Shown: piece after piece, positions 54,327 through 63,950 of the stretch | Numbering within the stretch: the first letter of the stretch is position 1 | Layout of the letters: each line of letters begins with the position of its first letter | Assembly (NCBI GenBank): GCA_017380635.1 | Contig: JAFODP010000004.1 | Coordinates: 22,828 to 86,827, forward strand | Direction: 5' to 3' | Length of the DNA: 64,000 bases | Source: Bacteroidales bacterium | Lineage (GTDB): Bacteria > Bacteroidota > Bacteroidia > Bacteroidales > UBA1402 | The notes under the pieces: model-generated | What the model was told of the DNA's origin: nothing | What the model saw: the letters and a program-made list of their open reading frames with translations, nothing else | Databases searched by the model: none | Position numbers and translations under genes: made by a program

Positions 54327-55685
54327 TTAGTCGGCCAATTCTTCCAAATGATAATTTTTCTTTTTGTCTTCGCGTTTCAACATGATGGCCAAAATCAAAG
54401 CCAAAATACCGAAAGTGGCGAAAATGAGCATAGCGGGCGTGTAGTTGTAGCGAGTAACAGCGGCATCTGCCTGACTGATAATGCAATATTTATCCAGGAA
54501 CCAACCAATCAAGAGGGGCACGAAACCGAGTCCGATATTTTGGATCCAGAAAATCAAGGCGTATGCCGAACCTAATTGTTTGTGCGGGATAATCTTGGGA
54601 ACGCTAGGCCACATCGCACTGGGAACCAATGAGAAAGCAACGCCCAACAAAATCATGATGATTGCTGCGAACCAAGCGTGGTTGAGCAAAGGCATGGCAA
54701 AAAGCAAATGTACCATGATGAGCAACACCGAACCGATAATCATAATGGTGGCGCCTTTGCCTTTTTTATCGTAGATTCCTCCGAAAAGCGGCGTCATAAT
54801 CAGGTTGCCGAAAGGAACCAATGCTACCAAAGTGCCGGCCAAAGCGCCCATGCCGTACTTATTTTCCATCAGAGAAGTGGCATATTTCAAGAAGGGGAAC
54901 ACTGCCGAATAGAACATCAGACAAAGCAGGGCGAGCAACCAGAAGCCTTTGTTGGTGAGGATGAGTTTGAGGTCGGAAATGCGGAAACTGTCTTCGTCGG
55001 CGGGAATGCCTTCGCTCTGGGTCTGGGCATCGAGTTTGCGGTCCATCACGCAGAAAACCAGGTAAAAAAGCAAGCCAATGCAAAGCAGAATGAGCGACAC
55101 GAACATCGGGGTTGACATAGAGAAATGCTTCACCAAAACCGGGCTGACAATCATAGCCAAAGCCGTTCCCAAACGCGCCACTGCCACCTGCGAACCCATC
55201 GCCAAAGCCATTTCCTTACCGGCAAACCACTTGGCAATCACCTTGGTAACGGTAATTCCGCAGGTTTCGGTTCCGACAGCGAAAATAGCATAACCCAAAC
55301 AAGCCACCATCACCTGGGTGCGAATACCCAAAATAGTGCCAGCTTCGGGCAGCGGCGAGATGAATTCTACTGCATAATATTTTAAACCACAACCGATTAC
55401 CATCAAGATGCAGGCCATGGTTCCTGTAAAGCGCACACCCATTTTGTCGAGGATCAATCCGCCGAAAATAAGCATGAACAAGAAAACATTGAACCAGCAA
55501 TAAGCCCAGTTGAAAATACCGAATTCTTTGGAAGTCCAGGCCATTTCTTCTTCCAACATGGTCATCAGCGGCGACATGGCATCTGTGAGGAAGTAGCCGC
55601 ACATCATCGTCAGCGAAACGATAGCCAATACGCTCCAGCGGGCCACCGCGCTATCGTTCAATTTTTGTTTAAGTAAGTCTGTCAT
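54327..55685 (-). CDS. MFS transporter
   Basis: About 12 TM helices with a central hydrophilic loop (DRKLDAQTQSEGIPADEDSFR). The substrate is unknown. Confidence 0.8.
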   Translation of the reverse strand: MTDLLKQKLNDSAVARWSVLAIVSLTMMCGYFLTDAMSPLMTMLEEEMAWTSKEFGIFNWAYCWFNVFLFMLIFGGLILDKMGVRFTGTMACILMVIGCGLKYYAVEFISPLPEAGTILGIRTQVMVACLGYAIFAVGTETCGITVTKVIAKWFAGKEMALAMGSQVAVARLGTALAMIVSPVLVKHFSMSTPMFVSLILLCIGLLFYLVFCVMDRKLDAQTQSEGIPADEDSFRISDLKLILTNKGFWLLALLCLMFYSAVFPFLKYATSLMENKYGMGALAGTLVALVPFGNLIMTPLFGGIYDKKGKGATIMIIGSVLLIMVHLLFAMPLLNHAWFAAIIMILLGVAFSLVPSAMWPSVPKIIPHKQLGSAYALIFWIQNIGLGFVPLLIGWFLDKYCIISQADAAVTRYNYTPAMLIFATFGILALILAIMLKREDKKKNYHLEELAD

Positions 55686-55736
55686 TATTTGATGATTAAA
55701 AATTAATTTTTCTTCGCAGAAAATTCAAAGCGTCTA

Positions 55737-57113
55737 TTAGAACAAGAATCCGGTGTTGATATAGAAGGCGTTGCCACCATCGCGTTTGTCGAAGCAACGA
55801 GCCAATTCGAGCGCAATGATAAAGTTTTCGTTCATGATAAAGCGGAAGCCGCCACCGGCTGCCATGTGCAAAGCGTCCGCCTTGGAAGTATCGATGAATT
55901 TTTCGTACAAAACAGCGGCTCCGGGATTGGTCAGCGCGGTTCGGTTGCTCAAATCGTAGCCTTGCAAAACAGTAGCTCCATCGCAGAAAGTGCTGAGTGC
56001 CAAAGCGATATTCTGATTAGCAAATTTAAAATCGACAAAACGCCAACGCAATTCGGTGTTATAATAGAAGGTCTGCAAACCTTGTACGCGGTTCAAACTC
56101 AGCCCTCTGACGGTACGATATCCGCCCAAACCATCCCAATCGGCATCGGCAGAACCCATCACCGTGTAGACGGGCAACGCATACCAAGGCACATCTTTTC
56201 CAAAAAATCCTTGATAAACAGCACGATATGCAAAAGTCAACTTTTTATCGATGATAGGCAGATACTGACGCATGGTGGCACCCACGTGCGTAAAGGGATG
56301 CGAAGTGCCTAAAAACGAAGGCGCTGCCGACACATGAGCCTCGGCCCAAATACCTTTGCTGGGATTCTTTTCGCGGTCGCGGGTATCGTACATCAAACCC
56401 AGTCGCAAAGCCGAGATAAGTCCGCCGTTGGCCTGATCGGGCGAAATAATGCCCCAAGCCTGATACAAATCGTAGAGATTGCCTTCGAGCACCGTGTAAT
56501 TATCGGGCGTAAATGCCTTGATAGTAGACCAATTGAGGTTGTAACCGGCTTCCCAATAAAAATCCTCGGTGATATGTCCTTGCAATTCCGCCTTGGCTTT
56601 GAGCAAATTACGTGCATGACGATAAAAACCCATGGGATATTTGCCGCCTTCCATCTTGTTGAGCAATTTTTCGTCTTGGGTAAAAATGTGCAGAGCCTCC
56701 GCATCGTAGAGCGTCTGATAACCGTTCATGCCGTAAAAATCGAGCGCCTTTTCGTTGCTGTAGCTCACACCGGCAAACAGACGCACGCCAGGGAAAATTT
56801 CACGATTATCGTAATTGACAATCACTTTGGAAGTTCCTTTGGTATAGGCCGAAGCTTCGAAATACCAGGCCGACTTAGGATTGGGATAAGTGCTGCCATC
56901 GTCGAAATTGTAGAGATTGAGCAGAGCACCGTACTGAAATCCGCGGTCGTTGTCGAAAGCCACCACGGGAAGCGGGCCCAAATTCCAACCTGTCTTAATG
57001 ATGTCGCCATCTTCGTTGTACTGCACCGGCTTTTTACCTGAGGCATACAAAGAACTAATTGTCAGAGAGATAATTCCAATACTAAGCAGGAATCTTTTCA
57101 GATTTGTTTTCAT
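55737..57113 (-). CDS. Outer-membrane beta-barrel protein (Omp85/bacterial surface antigen-like)
   Basis: Signal peptide MKTNLKRFLLSIGIISLTISSLYA. Alternating beta-strand pattern throughout, with a C-terminal FYINTGFLF ending in Phe. Confidence 0.65.
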   Translation of the reverse strand: MKTNLKRFLLSIGIISLTISSLYASGKKPVQYNEDGDIIKTGWNLGPLPVVAFDNDRGFQYGALLNLYNFDDGSTYPNPKSAWYFEASAYTKGTSKVIVNYDNREIFPGVRLFAGVSYSNEKALDFYGMNGYQTLYDAEALHIFTQDEKLLNKMEGGKYPMGFYRHARNLLKAKAELQGHITEDFYWEAGYNLNWSTIKAFTPDNYTVLEGNLYDLYQAWGIISPDQANGGLISALRLGLMYDTRDREKNPSKGIWAEAHVSAAPSFLGTSHPFTHVGATMRQYLPIIDKKLTFAYRAVYQGFFGKDVPWYALPVYTVMGSADADWDGLGGYRTVRGLSLNRVQGLQTFYYNTELRWRFVDFKFANQNIALALSTFCDGATVLQGYDLSNRTALTNPGAAVLYEKFIDTSKADALHMAAGGGFRFIMNENFIIALELARCFDKRDGGNAFYINTGFLF

Positions 57114-57181
57114 AGTGTTCTCTTTTTTTAATTCATTACTCTTTTTGATTTTCCTATTCGCGTTTTTGATTCGCTTAATTC

Positions 57182-57244
57182 GCGGCCAAAATTTGATTCA
57201 CGCAATTTGCGGCCAAAATTTGATTCACGCAATTTGCGGCCAAA
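57182..57244. repeat. 27-bp tandem direct repeat (2.3 copies) in a divergent intergenic region
   Basis: GCGGCCAAAATTTGATTCACGCAATTT occurs at 57182-57208 and 57209-57235, with a partial third copy to 57244. Confidence 0.9.
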
Positions 57245-57284
57245 GTTACACATTATTAATAAAAGACAAAAACCATAAAAATAT

Positions 57285-57292
57285 TACCTTTG
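57285..57292 (+). promoter_or_regulatory. Candidate -7 box (TACCTTTG) for the MnmD-like gene
   Basis: Exact TAnnTTTG between the two repeat arrays, 99 nt upstream of the ATG at 57391. Confidence 0.3.
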
Positions 57293-57310
57293 TGTTCGCT
57301 TCGCGGTTTA

Positions 57311-57346
57311 GCGCTTGATTCTTGCTTGGCGCTTGATTCTTGCTTG
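57311..57346. repeat. 18-bp tandem direct repeat (2 copies + degenerate third)
   Basis: GCGCTTGATTCTTGCTTG occurs twice (57311-57328 and 57329-57346), then ACGCTTGCTTCGCG. Related TTGATTCGC words occur at 57166-57176. Confidence 0.85.
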
Positions 57347-57390
57347 ACGCTTGCTTCGCGAAGAAGATTTATTCACAAAGGATTTAGATA

Positions 57391-58218
57391 ATGATGCAGC
57401 CAACTGATTCTCAGGATAGTTTTCGTTTGATGCCTTGCCAGGATGGTAGCCTGACCATACACAGCGCCTTGCACGACCAATGTTTTCACTCTTCGGCCGG
57501 CGCGCTGTTGGAATCGCAATATATTTACCTCGAACTCGGCTTGAAGGCGTATTTAACCGCGGAAGCGTCCACCATGAAAACGGATGACGATGCTTCGGTG
57601 AAAACGATTGATTCCTCGATAAAAACGCTTGATCCGAAACAAAAGATTTCGGTATTGGAAATCGGATTTGGCAGCGGCATCAATGCTTTGCTTTGCGCGC
57701 TGGAATTTCTGCAACAACGCACGTCCAGCGAAAAGACAGCATCTGACGCAGAAGCCCTCCAAATGCCCGAGCAATTCTATTTCGAAAGCATCGAGCTCTA
57801 CCCCATTCCCGAAGAAATCTGGTCGCAACTGGATTATGCTTCACTGTTGGCAAACGAGCATTTTTCTCGCGAAGAAATACAAGCTATTTTCGAAAAAATT
57901 CACAGGGCGCCTTGGAACGAGCGATACGAGATTTCGCCCGGTTTTTTCCTGCACAAACGCCACGAAGACATCCTCACATTCGAGCCAGCCGCGCAATACC
58001 AAGTGGTATTTTTCGATGCCTTTTCGCCCGATTGTCAGCCGATGCTCTGGAGCAAAGAAGTGTTCAGCAAAATTAAAAGCGCGATGCTACCCGGCGCAAT
58101 CATGACCACCTATTCCAGCAAAGGTTTCGTTAAACAAAACCTCCGCGAACTGGGCTTTGACGTGCTTCGCAAACCCGGTCCCGGCCAAAAACGCCACGTG
58201 CTGCAGATTCGCCTGTGA
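57391..58218 (+). CDS. tRNA mnm5s2U34 methyltransferase, stand-alone MnmC2/MnmD type (DUF752 SAM-dependent MTase)
   Basis: Motifs: VLEIGFGSGINAL, VVFFDAFSPDCQPMLWSKEVF, MTTYSSKGFVKQNLRELGFDV...PGPGQKRHVL. Confidence 0.8.
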   Translation: MMQPTDSQDSFRLMPCQDGSLTIHSALHDQCFHSSAGALLESQYIYLELGLKAYLTAEASTMKTDDDASVKTIDSSIKTLDPKQKISVLEIGFGSGINALLCALEFLQQRTSSEKTASDAEALQMPEQFYFESIELYPIPEEIWSQLDYASLLANEHFSREEIQAIFEKIHRAPWNERYEISPGFFLHKRHEDILTFEPAAQYQVVFFDAFSPDCQPMLWSKEVFSKIKSAMLPGAIMTTYSSKGFVKQNLRELGFDVLRKPGPGQKRHVLQIRL

Positions 58219-58261
58219 CAAAATACAGTGCTAATTTACCGCGGGCGCGCTAGTTTGCGTG

Positions 58262-59458
58262 CTATACATCCTTGGAGATAATGAAGCGAGTAATTAGGAA
58301 CGACAAAGCATAAAGCAGCGCCAAGATGATGAAGAGCCAAGCGTTGCCGAAATGCGCGATGACGTAGTTGCCCATTTGGTTGCCGGCGAGCCCCGCCCAA
58401 GCCCAAGCAGAAAGCGCAAATCCATGAATGACAGACACATTCTTCATGCCAAATTTATCGCTGAGCAAAGAAGGCAAAGTGGAGAATCCGCCGCCGTAAC
58501 CCGCGTTGCAAACCACCAACATCAGAATGATGCAAGTTGCGTAAATGCTCAGCGAACCGCCTAATGAAAATCCGGCAAACCAAGACAATAGACAAGCCAA
58601 AGCCGAAGTGAAGAAAAGTATTTCGTACACGCGCGAGCGAATCTTGAAGCGGTCGGAAATGGTAGAATAGCCAAAGCGTCCGAAGGAATTAAAGAAAGCG
58701 GTAAGACTGGCAATGAGGCCCACTTGAGCGCCCAGGCCGCAATCGTTCACCAAAGATTTTTCTTGCGAAATAAGTGCCAATCCACACGTAATGTTTATAA
58801 AGAAAACGAACCAAATAGCCAGGAACTGCTTGTTGAGAATGAATCTCAGCGATTCTTTCAAACCGAAAGCCGAACCTTTCAGACCTTCTTGTTGCGGTTT
58901 TTTAATCAGCATAGCACCGAGCAACATCAGCACACAATATGAGCCGCCGAGAATAAAAAAGAGATTGGATATAGTGGTCACCGACAACAAATACTGGATG
59001 ATGGGCGATGCAATCACCTTGGCCAATCCGAAACCGGTGATGGCGATGCCGGTAGCCAGGCCTTTATGCTCGCTAAACCACATCATCAAGGTTTTAACGG
59101 GCGTCAGATAGCCAATGCCCAAACCAATGCCCATCACAACGCCATAGCTAAGCAACACAGCCACAGGCGAAGCCATGAGAATAGCAAAGCCGGTGCCAAT
59201 CATACCGAGCGTAAAGCAGATGGTAGACAGGAAAGCCGAGCGTTTCACGTTCTTTTCCACGAGGTTGCCGCCGAAGGCGGCAGACATTCCCAGAAAGAAT
59301 ATCGCCAGAGAGAAAGCCCATTCGATAGCAGCCACCGAGCTGCCAAGTTGTGCTGCAATAGCATCTTTCAGCAACGACCAGCAATAAACCGTTCCAATGG
59401 AGCAATGAATCAGCAAGGCGGGAATAGCGCCGTTGAGCCACTTATTGTTCAGTTTCAT
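58262..59458 (-). CDS. MFS transporter, oxalate/formate antiporter (OFA) family-like
   Basis: ATG at 59458 (MKLNNKWLNGAIPALLIHCSIGTVYCWSL...). The G-x-vY-x-WS N-terminal motif is OFA-like. About 12 TM helices. Confidence 0.7.
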   Translation of the reverse strand: MKLNNKWLNGAIPALLIHCSIGTVYCWSLLKDAIAAQLGSSVAAIEWAFSLAIFFLGMSAAFGGNLVEKNVKRSAFLSTICFTLGMIGTGFAILMASPVAVLLSYGVVMGIGLGIGYLTPVKTLMMWFSEHKGLATGIAITGFGLAKVIASPIIQYLLSVTTISNLFFILGGSYCVLMLLGAMLIKKPQQEGLKGSAFGLKESLRFILNKQFLAIWFVFFINITCGLALISQEKSLVNDCGLGAQVGLIASLTAFFNSFGRFGYSTISDRFKIRSRVYEILFFTSALACLLSWFAGFSLGGSLSIYATCIILMLVVCNAGYGGGFSTLPSLLSDKFGMKNVSVIHGFALSAWAWAGLAGNQMGNYVIAHFGNAWLFIILALLYALSFLITRFIISKDV

Positions 59459-59527
59459 GATGAGAGTCGAAAAATTCAAGAGGCTATGCCAAACCTTCAT
59501 CTGACATAGCCTCTGTATGGATAATCT

Positions 59528-61195
59528 TTAGAACAGACCTGTTATTTCTCCGCTTGCATCGATATCAATTCCCTCAGCAGCAGGCACATTGGGTAAACCC
59601 GGCATACGCATCATGGTACCAGTTAGCGGAACGATGAAGCCGGCACCTGCAGCAATATCGAAACCACGCACGGTGATACGGAAATTGCGCGGACGACCTA
59701 TCGCTTTAGGATTGTCAGAGAGTGAATTCTGCGTTTTGGCAATACAAACGGGACATTTATCCAAACCCAATTCGATGATATTCTTGATATCGGTCTTGGC
59801 TTGAGCCGTATAATCGACGCCATCGGCACCATAAATTTCGCGGGCAACGGTTTCGATCTTTTCTTCGATGGGAGCGTTCCAATCGTACAAAGGCCTGAAT
59901 TCCTGGGTAGAAGCCTCGATGGTATCAGCCACCACATGCGCCAGTTCTTCGGCACCTTCGCCACCCTTGGCCCAAACGTCGGCCATGACAGCTTTCACGC
60001 CCAGTTCGGCGCAACGGTCTTGTACCAACTTGATTTCGGCAGGCGTATCATCCAAGAAACGATTGACAGCCACGATGGGAGCCACGTTGAACTTGCGCAT
60101 ATTTTCGATATGCTTTTCGAGGTTTTCCATACCCTTGCGCAAGGCGTCCAAGTTTTCTTGTTTGAGATCGGCCACCGCCACGCCACCATGGAATTTCAAA
60201 GCGCGGATGGTAGCTACCAACACAACAGCATTGGGTTTCAAACCAGCCTTCACACACTTGATATCGAAGAATTTTTCTGCACCCAAATCGGAACCGAAAC
60301 CAGCTTCGGTCACCACGTAATCGGCCAAAGAAAGACCCATCTTGGTTGCGAAAATGGTATTGGTACCTTGGGCAATATTGGCGAACGGACCACCATGAAT
60401 AATCGCAGGCGTTCTACCGATGGTCTGTACCAAATTGGGCTTGATAGCTTCGCAAAGCAAAGTGGTCATGGCACCTTGGGCATTCAAATCGCGGGCATAG
60501 ATAGGACGTTTGTCCATGGTACGACCCACGTAGATATTACCCAAACGCGTTTTCAGATCTTCGATACTTTCTGACAAACAGAGAATAGCCATCACTTCGG
60601 AAGCAGCCGTGATATCGAAACCGGTTTGACGAGGCATACCGTCGCCAGTGCCGCCAAGACCCACTACAATGTTGCGAAGCGCGCGGTCGTTCATATCCAA
60701 AGCACGTTTCCACTTGATGGTACGCGGATCGAGGCCCAGGTTACGTTTGGCAAAATGCAGGTTGTTGTCGATAAGAGCAGCCAAAAGGTTGTGGGCTTTT
60801 TCCACCGCATTGAAATCGCCATTGAAGTGCAAGTTGATATCTTCCATAGGTAGCACCTGAGAATAGCCGCCACCGGTAGCACCACCCTTGATACCAAAAA
60901 CAGGACCCAAAGAGGGCTCGCGCAACACCACAGCCGTTTTCTTTCCGATGCGGGTAAGACCGTCCGACAAACCGATAGAAACAGTCGTCTTGCCTTCGCC
61001 TGCGGGCGTAGGAGAAATAGCCGTTACCAAAATCAGCTTCTTGCCTTTCATCTTGTCTTCGTCAATAAGACTCAAAGGCAATTTTGCTTTGTATTTACCG
61101 TAAAGTTCCAAATCGTCGGCAGGAATGTCCAACTTGGAAGCAATTTCTGCAATGGGCGCCAAAGTTACCTGTTTGGCAATTTCAATATCTGTCAT
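59528..61195 (-). CDS. fhs: Formate--tetrahydrofolate ligase
   Basis: MTDIEIAKQ...LYGKYKAKL...VTAISPTPAGEGKTT...; 555 aa; the family pattern holds throughout. Confidence 0.95.
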   Translation of the reverse strand: MTDIEIAKQVTLAPIAEIASKLDIPADDLELYGKYKAKLPLSLIDEDKMKGKKLILVTAISPTPAGEGKTTVSIGLSDGLTRIGKKTAVVLREPSLGPVFGIKGGATGGGYSQVLPMEDINLHFNGDFNAVEKAHNLLAALIDNNLHFAKRNLGLDPRTIKWKRALDMNDRALRNIVVGLGGTGDGMPRQTGFDITAASEVMAILCLSESIEDLKTRLGNIYVGRTMDKRPIYARDLNAQGAMTTLLCEAIKPNLVQTIGRTPAIIHGGPFANIAQGTNTIFATKMGLSLADYVVTEAGFGSDLGAEKFFDIKCVKAGLKPNAVVLVATIRALKFHGGVAVADLKQENLDALRKGMENLEKHIENMRKFNVAPIVAVNRFLDDTPAEIKLVQDRCAELGVKAVMADVWAKGGEGAEELAHVVADTIEASTQEFRPLYDWNAPIEEKIETVAREIYGADGVDYTAQAKTDIKNIIELGLDKCPVCIAKTQNSLSDNPKAIGRPRNFRITVRGFDIAAGAGFIVPLTGTMMRMPGLPNVPAAEGIDIDASGEITGLF

Positions 61196-61222
61196 AATAT
61201 CGATGATTAAAATAATGATTCC

Positions 61223-63130
61223 TTATAATGAAGCTTTGTTCAAGGCTTCGAATTCAGCTTTCTTATCGGTGGCATAAGCCAAGTCGATATAGTTCTGATA
61301 AGCTTTTTCTACCTTTCCACGAACCACCTTCATCGTCGAGTTCATCATACCATTCTGTTCTGTAAAAGGTTCGGGCAAAATGCAAAGTACGCTGGGCACC
61401 CAACGATCGGGGAACATACCTGCAAACTTTCCACCCTTGCGATATTCGGCCACTTCGGCGTGAATCTTTTCGAGCATCAAGGTCTTAGCTTCGTCACTCT
61501 TCAGATCGATACCCGGCTTTTGTTCCTTGGCATAAGCTTTCAAAGCATCCCAAGCGGGAACAACCAAACCGATGGTGTAAGGATCTTGGTTGTTGTGCAA
61601 AAGAATATCGCTGATGTAAGCAGAATTTTCGGCAACGTTTTCTTCGATACCTTCGGGAGAATATTTTTCGCCGTCGGCACCAATCAACAAAGATTTGAAA
61701 CGACCTACTACATACAACATTTCAGCATCGCGCATGTAACCCATGTCGCCGGTGTGCAACCAACCATCGCGAACAGTGTCGGCAGTAGCTTCGGGATTTT
61801 TCCAATAACCGGCCATCACGTTTTCGCCGTAGATAACGATTTCACCCTTTTCGCCGTAAGGCAATTCGCGGCCTTCTTCGTCCATAATCTTGATTTCCAT
61901 AGGCTTAACCACCTTACCTGACGAACCGAGAATATGCTTGGCTTCGGCATTGGCCGAAATGATAGGCGTAGCTTCCGACAAACCATAACCTTGATACATC
62001 GGCATACCGATGGCGTAGAAGAAACGTTGCAAGTCGATGTCGAGCAAAGCACCACCGCCCACGAAGAAACGGAGTTCGCCACCCATACCTTGACGCATCT
62101 TGCTGAAAATCAATTTGTCGACCAAAGCAATAATAGGCTTCTTCCACCAGTGCCAGAAACCGCCCTTGTTGTAACCTTCCTTATTATAAGAGATGGCCAG
62201 ATTCAAACCAAGGTTGTACAAGCCGGTGATAAACTTACCGTTAGCCTTAACGCCGCCTTCCAATTTAGCCTTGAAGTTCTTGGCCAAAGAAGGAACGCTC
62301 AGCATTACATTAGGCTTGAATTCGTTGATAGCAATGGGAATATTCTTCAAAGTGGCAGCGCCGGTCTTGCCCGAAGGCACCGTACCGATGCAAGCACCGA
62401 AAGACATCATACAATAGATACCGGCCACGTGAGCGAAGCAGTGGTCCATAGGCAGGATAATCAACATTCTTTCGCCCTTGTTCACACCAATTACCGAACG
62501 AGCTTGTTCCACGTTGGCGGTATAGTTGCGATGGGTCAGCACCACACCTTTAGGATCGGCGGTAGTACCGGAAGTATAACAAATAGTAGCAATATCGTTG
62601 GGTTGAACGCTGGCGCTACGAGCATCCAATTCGGCTTGATGTTCCTTGCGGTATTCATCACCCAAAGCCAGCAATTCGCTGAAGTTCACTTCGTTAGCTT
62701 CTTTATCCTGAATATCGTCCAACAAAATCACCTTATGCACCAAAGGCAGATCGGCAATCACCTTACGCACCTTGGGAAGTTGCAAAGCAGTGGTAATGAT
62801 AAACTTAGAGTCGGAGTGCTTGATACGGAACAACAAATCGTTGCTTTCGGCCAACTTGATAGACAAAGGCACACTGATGGCACCAGCATACATCAAACCG
62901 AATTCACCGATTATCCACAAGTTACGACCTTCGGCCAAATAGGAGATTCTATCTTCTTTCTCTACACCAAGAGCCATCAAACCACCGGCAATACGTTGTG
63001 CCAATTCTTTGGCCTGACCAAAAGTGGTAGGTTGCCATTCCTTTCCGATTTTTTCGTACAAATACGGATCGTTTTCGTACAAACTAGTGTAATGGTTTAC
63101 AAAATCGATAATTGTTGGTTTCTCTTTCAT
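61223..63130 (-). CDS. fadD: Long-chain fatty acid--CoA ligase (AMP-forming)
   Basis: AMP-binding motif ICYTSGTTADPKGVVLTHRN, plus GYGLSE, TGDMGYMRD and an LVGRFK-like VVGRFKSLL. Confidence 0.9.
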   Translation of the reverse strand: MKEKPTIIDFVNHYTSLYENDPYLYEKIGKEWQPTTFGQAKELAQRIAGGLMALGVEKEDRISYLAEGRNLWIIGEFGLMYAGAISVPLSIKLAESNDLLFRIKHSDSKFIITTALQLPKVRKVIADLPLVHKVILLDDIQDKEANEVNFSELLALGDEYRKEHQAELDARSASVQPNDIATICYTSGTTADPKGVVLTHRNYTANVEQARSVIGVNKGERMLIILPMDHCFAHVAGIYCMMSFGACIGTVPSGKTGAATLKNIPIAINEFKPNVMLSVPSLAKNFKAKLEGGVKANGKFITGLYNLGLNLAISYNKEGYNKGGFWHWWKKPIIALVDKLIFSKMRQGMGGELRFFVGGGALLDIDLQRFFYAIGMPMYQGYGLSEATPIISANAEAKHILGSSGKVVKPMEIKIMDEEGRELPYGEKGEIVIYGENVMAGYWKNPEATADTVRDGWLHTGDMGYMRDAEMLYVVGRFKSLLIGADGEKYSPEGIEENVAENSAYISDILLHNNQDPYTIGLVVPAWDALKAYAKEQKPGIDLKSDEAKTLMLEKIHAEVAEYRKGGKFAGMFPDRWVPSVLCILPEPFTEQNGMMNSTMKVVRGKVEKAYQNYIDLAYATDKKAEFEALNKASL

Positions 63131-63206
63131 CTTTCTATAATGTTTAGTTAAAATTTCTCAATAAAATATCCGCAAAAATATACATTTATTTTGTTTTGGC
63201 AATCTT

Positions 63207-63950
63207 TTATTCAAATTCGATACGGCTAACGAAAGCCGAGATTCCGTCTTCTTTCAAACCCTCTATCATCCAGGCATTTGCATCCAGACGATAACGACGC
63301 AGCGCAATCATTTCGTTCAGGCGAGTTTCGTGATTGAAGTTGATTTTCACCTCTTTTACTAGACGATGCATAGTCACTTCTTCGGGAATGGCATTCATCG
63401 ACCAAAGCAAATATTTGGCGTTGTTGGTGTGCACATTTTTATCCAGATCGGAGAAGGCAATGCGGTGAGTATAAGCATATTCCGGCTCAATGTCGCGGGG
63501 CGCACGCAGACGCTCGCAAGGCTTTTCGATGGCATTTTCCTTACACACCGTATCGTCACATTCGATGGGCGAACGACGCACAAACTCGCGCGTATCGATA
63601 TTGATCATCACCCAAGAAGAAGTGGCATCGGCCAAGAGTTCGCCGGCTTGGTTTTTCATCACAAAATCGCGCTGATACTGAGCCGCATCGAGGCCTTTGT
63701 GCCAAGTGGTCATCGACACAATATCGCGCCAAAAGATAGGCTTGTGAAAACGAAAATGCATACGGGTAAGCACCCAGACCACCCGAAATTGAATCAACTC
63801 ATCGTGACCGATGCCCAACAGTCGGGAATGCGGTTCGCAACATTCTTGCGCCAATTCCATGAAACAGCCCGGCGACAACATCGAACGGAAGTCGGTCTGA
63901 TAACAGGGAATAGACAAGGTTTGTGTGTACTTTTTAATTTCCTCTTTCAT
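63207..63950 (-). CDS. Acyl-[acyl-carrier-protein] thioesterase
   Basis: 247 aa with a double hot-dog pattern (YQTDFRSMLSPGCFMELAQE... and HTNNAKYLLWSMNAIPEE), typical of bacterial FatA/B-like thioesterases. Confidence 0.8.
   Translation of the reverse strand: MKEEIKKYTQTLSIPCYQTDFRSMLSPGCFMELAQECCEPHSRLLGIGHDELIQFRVVWVLTRMHFRFHKPIFWRDIVSMTTWHKGLDAAQYQRDFVMKNQAGELLADATSSWVMINIDTREFVRRSPIECDDTVCKENAIEKPCERLRAPRDIEPEYAYTHRIAFSDLDKNVHTNNAKYLLWSMNAIPEEVTMHRLVKEVKINFNHETRLNEMIALRRYRLDANAWMIEGLKEDGISAFVSRIEFE

Noticed and set aside
55737-57113. The Omp85-like barrel as part of a two-partner secretion or T9SS PorP-like system.
   Set aside because: No POTRA repeats could be discerned and no adjacent cargo or TpsA-like gene is present. 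The neighbours are MFS and MATE transporters. Only the generic beta-barrel call was kept.
57182-57346. Possible CRISPR array (direct repeats of 27 bp and 18 bp).
   Set aside because: The repeats are directly abutting with no unique spacers, only 2-3 copies are present, and there are no cas genes in the window. These are tandem repeats, not a CRISPR array.
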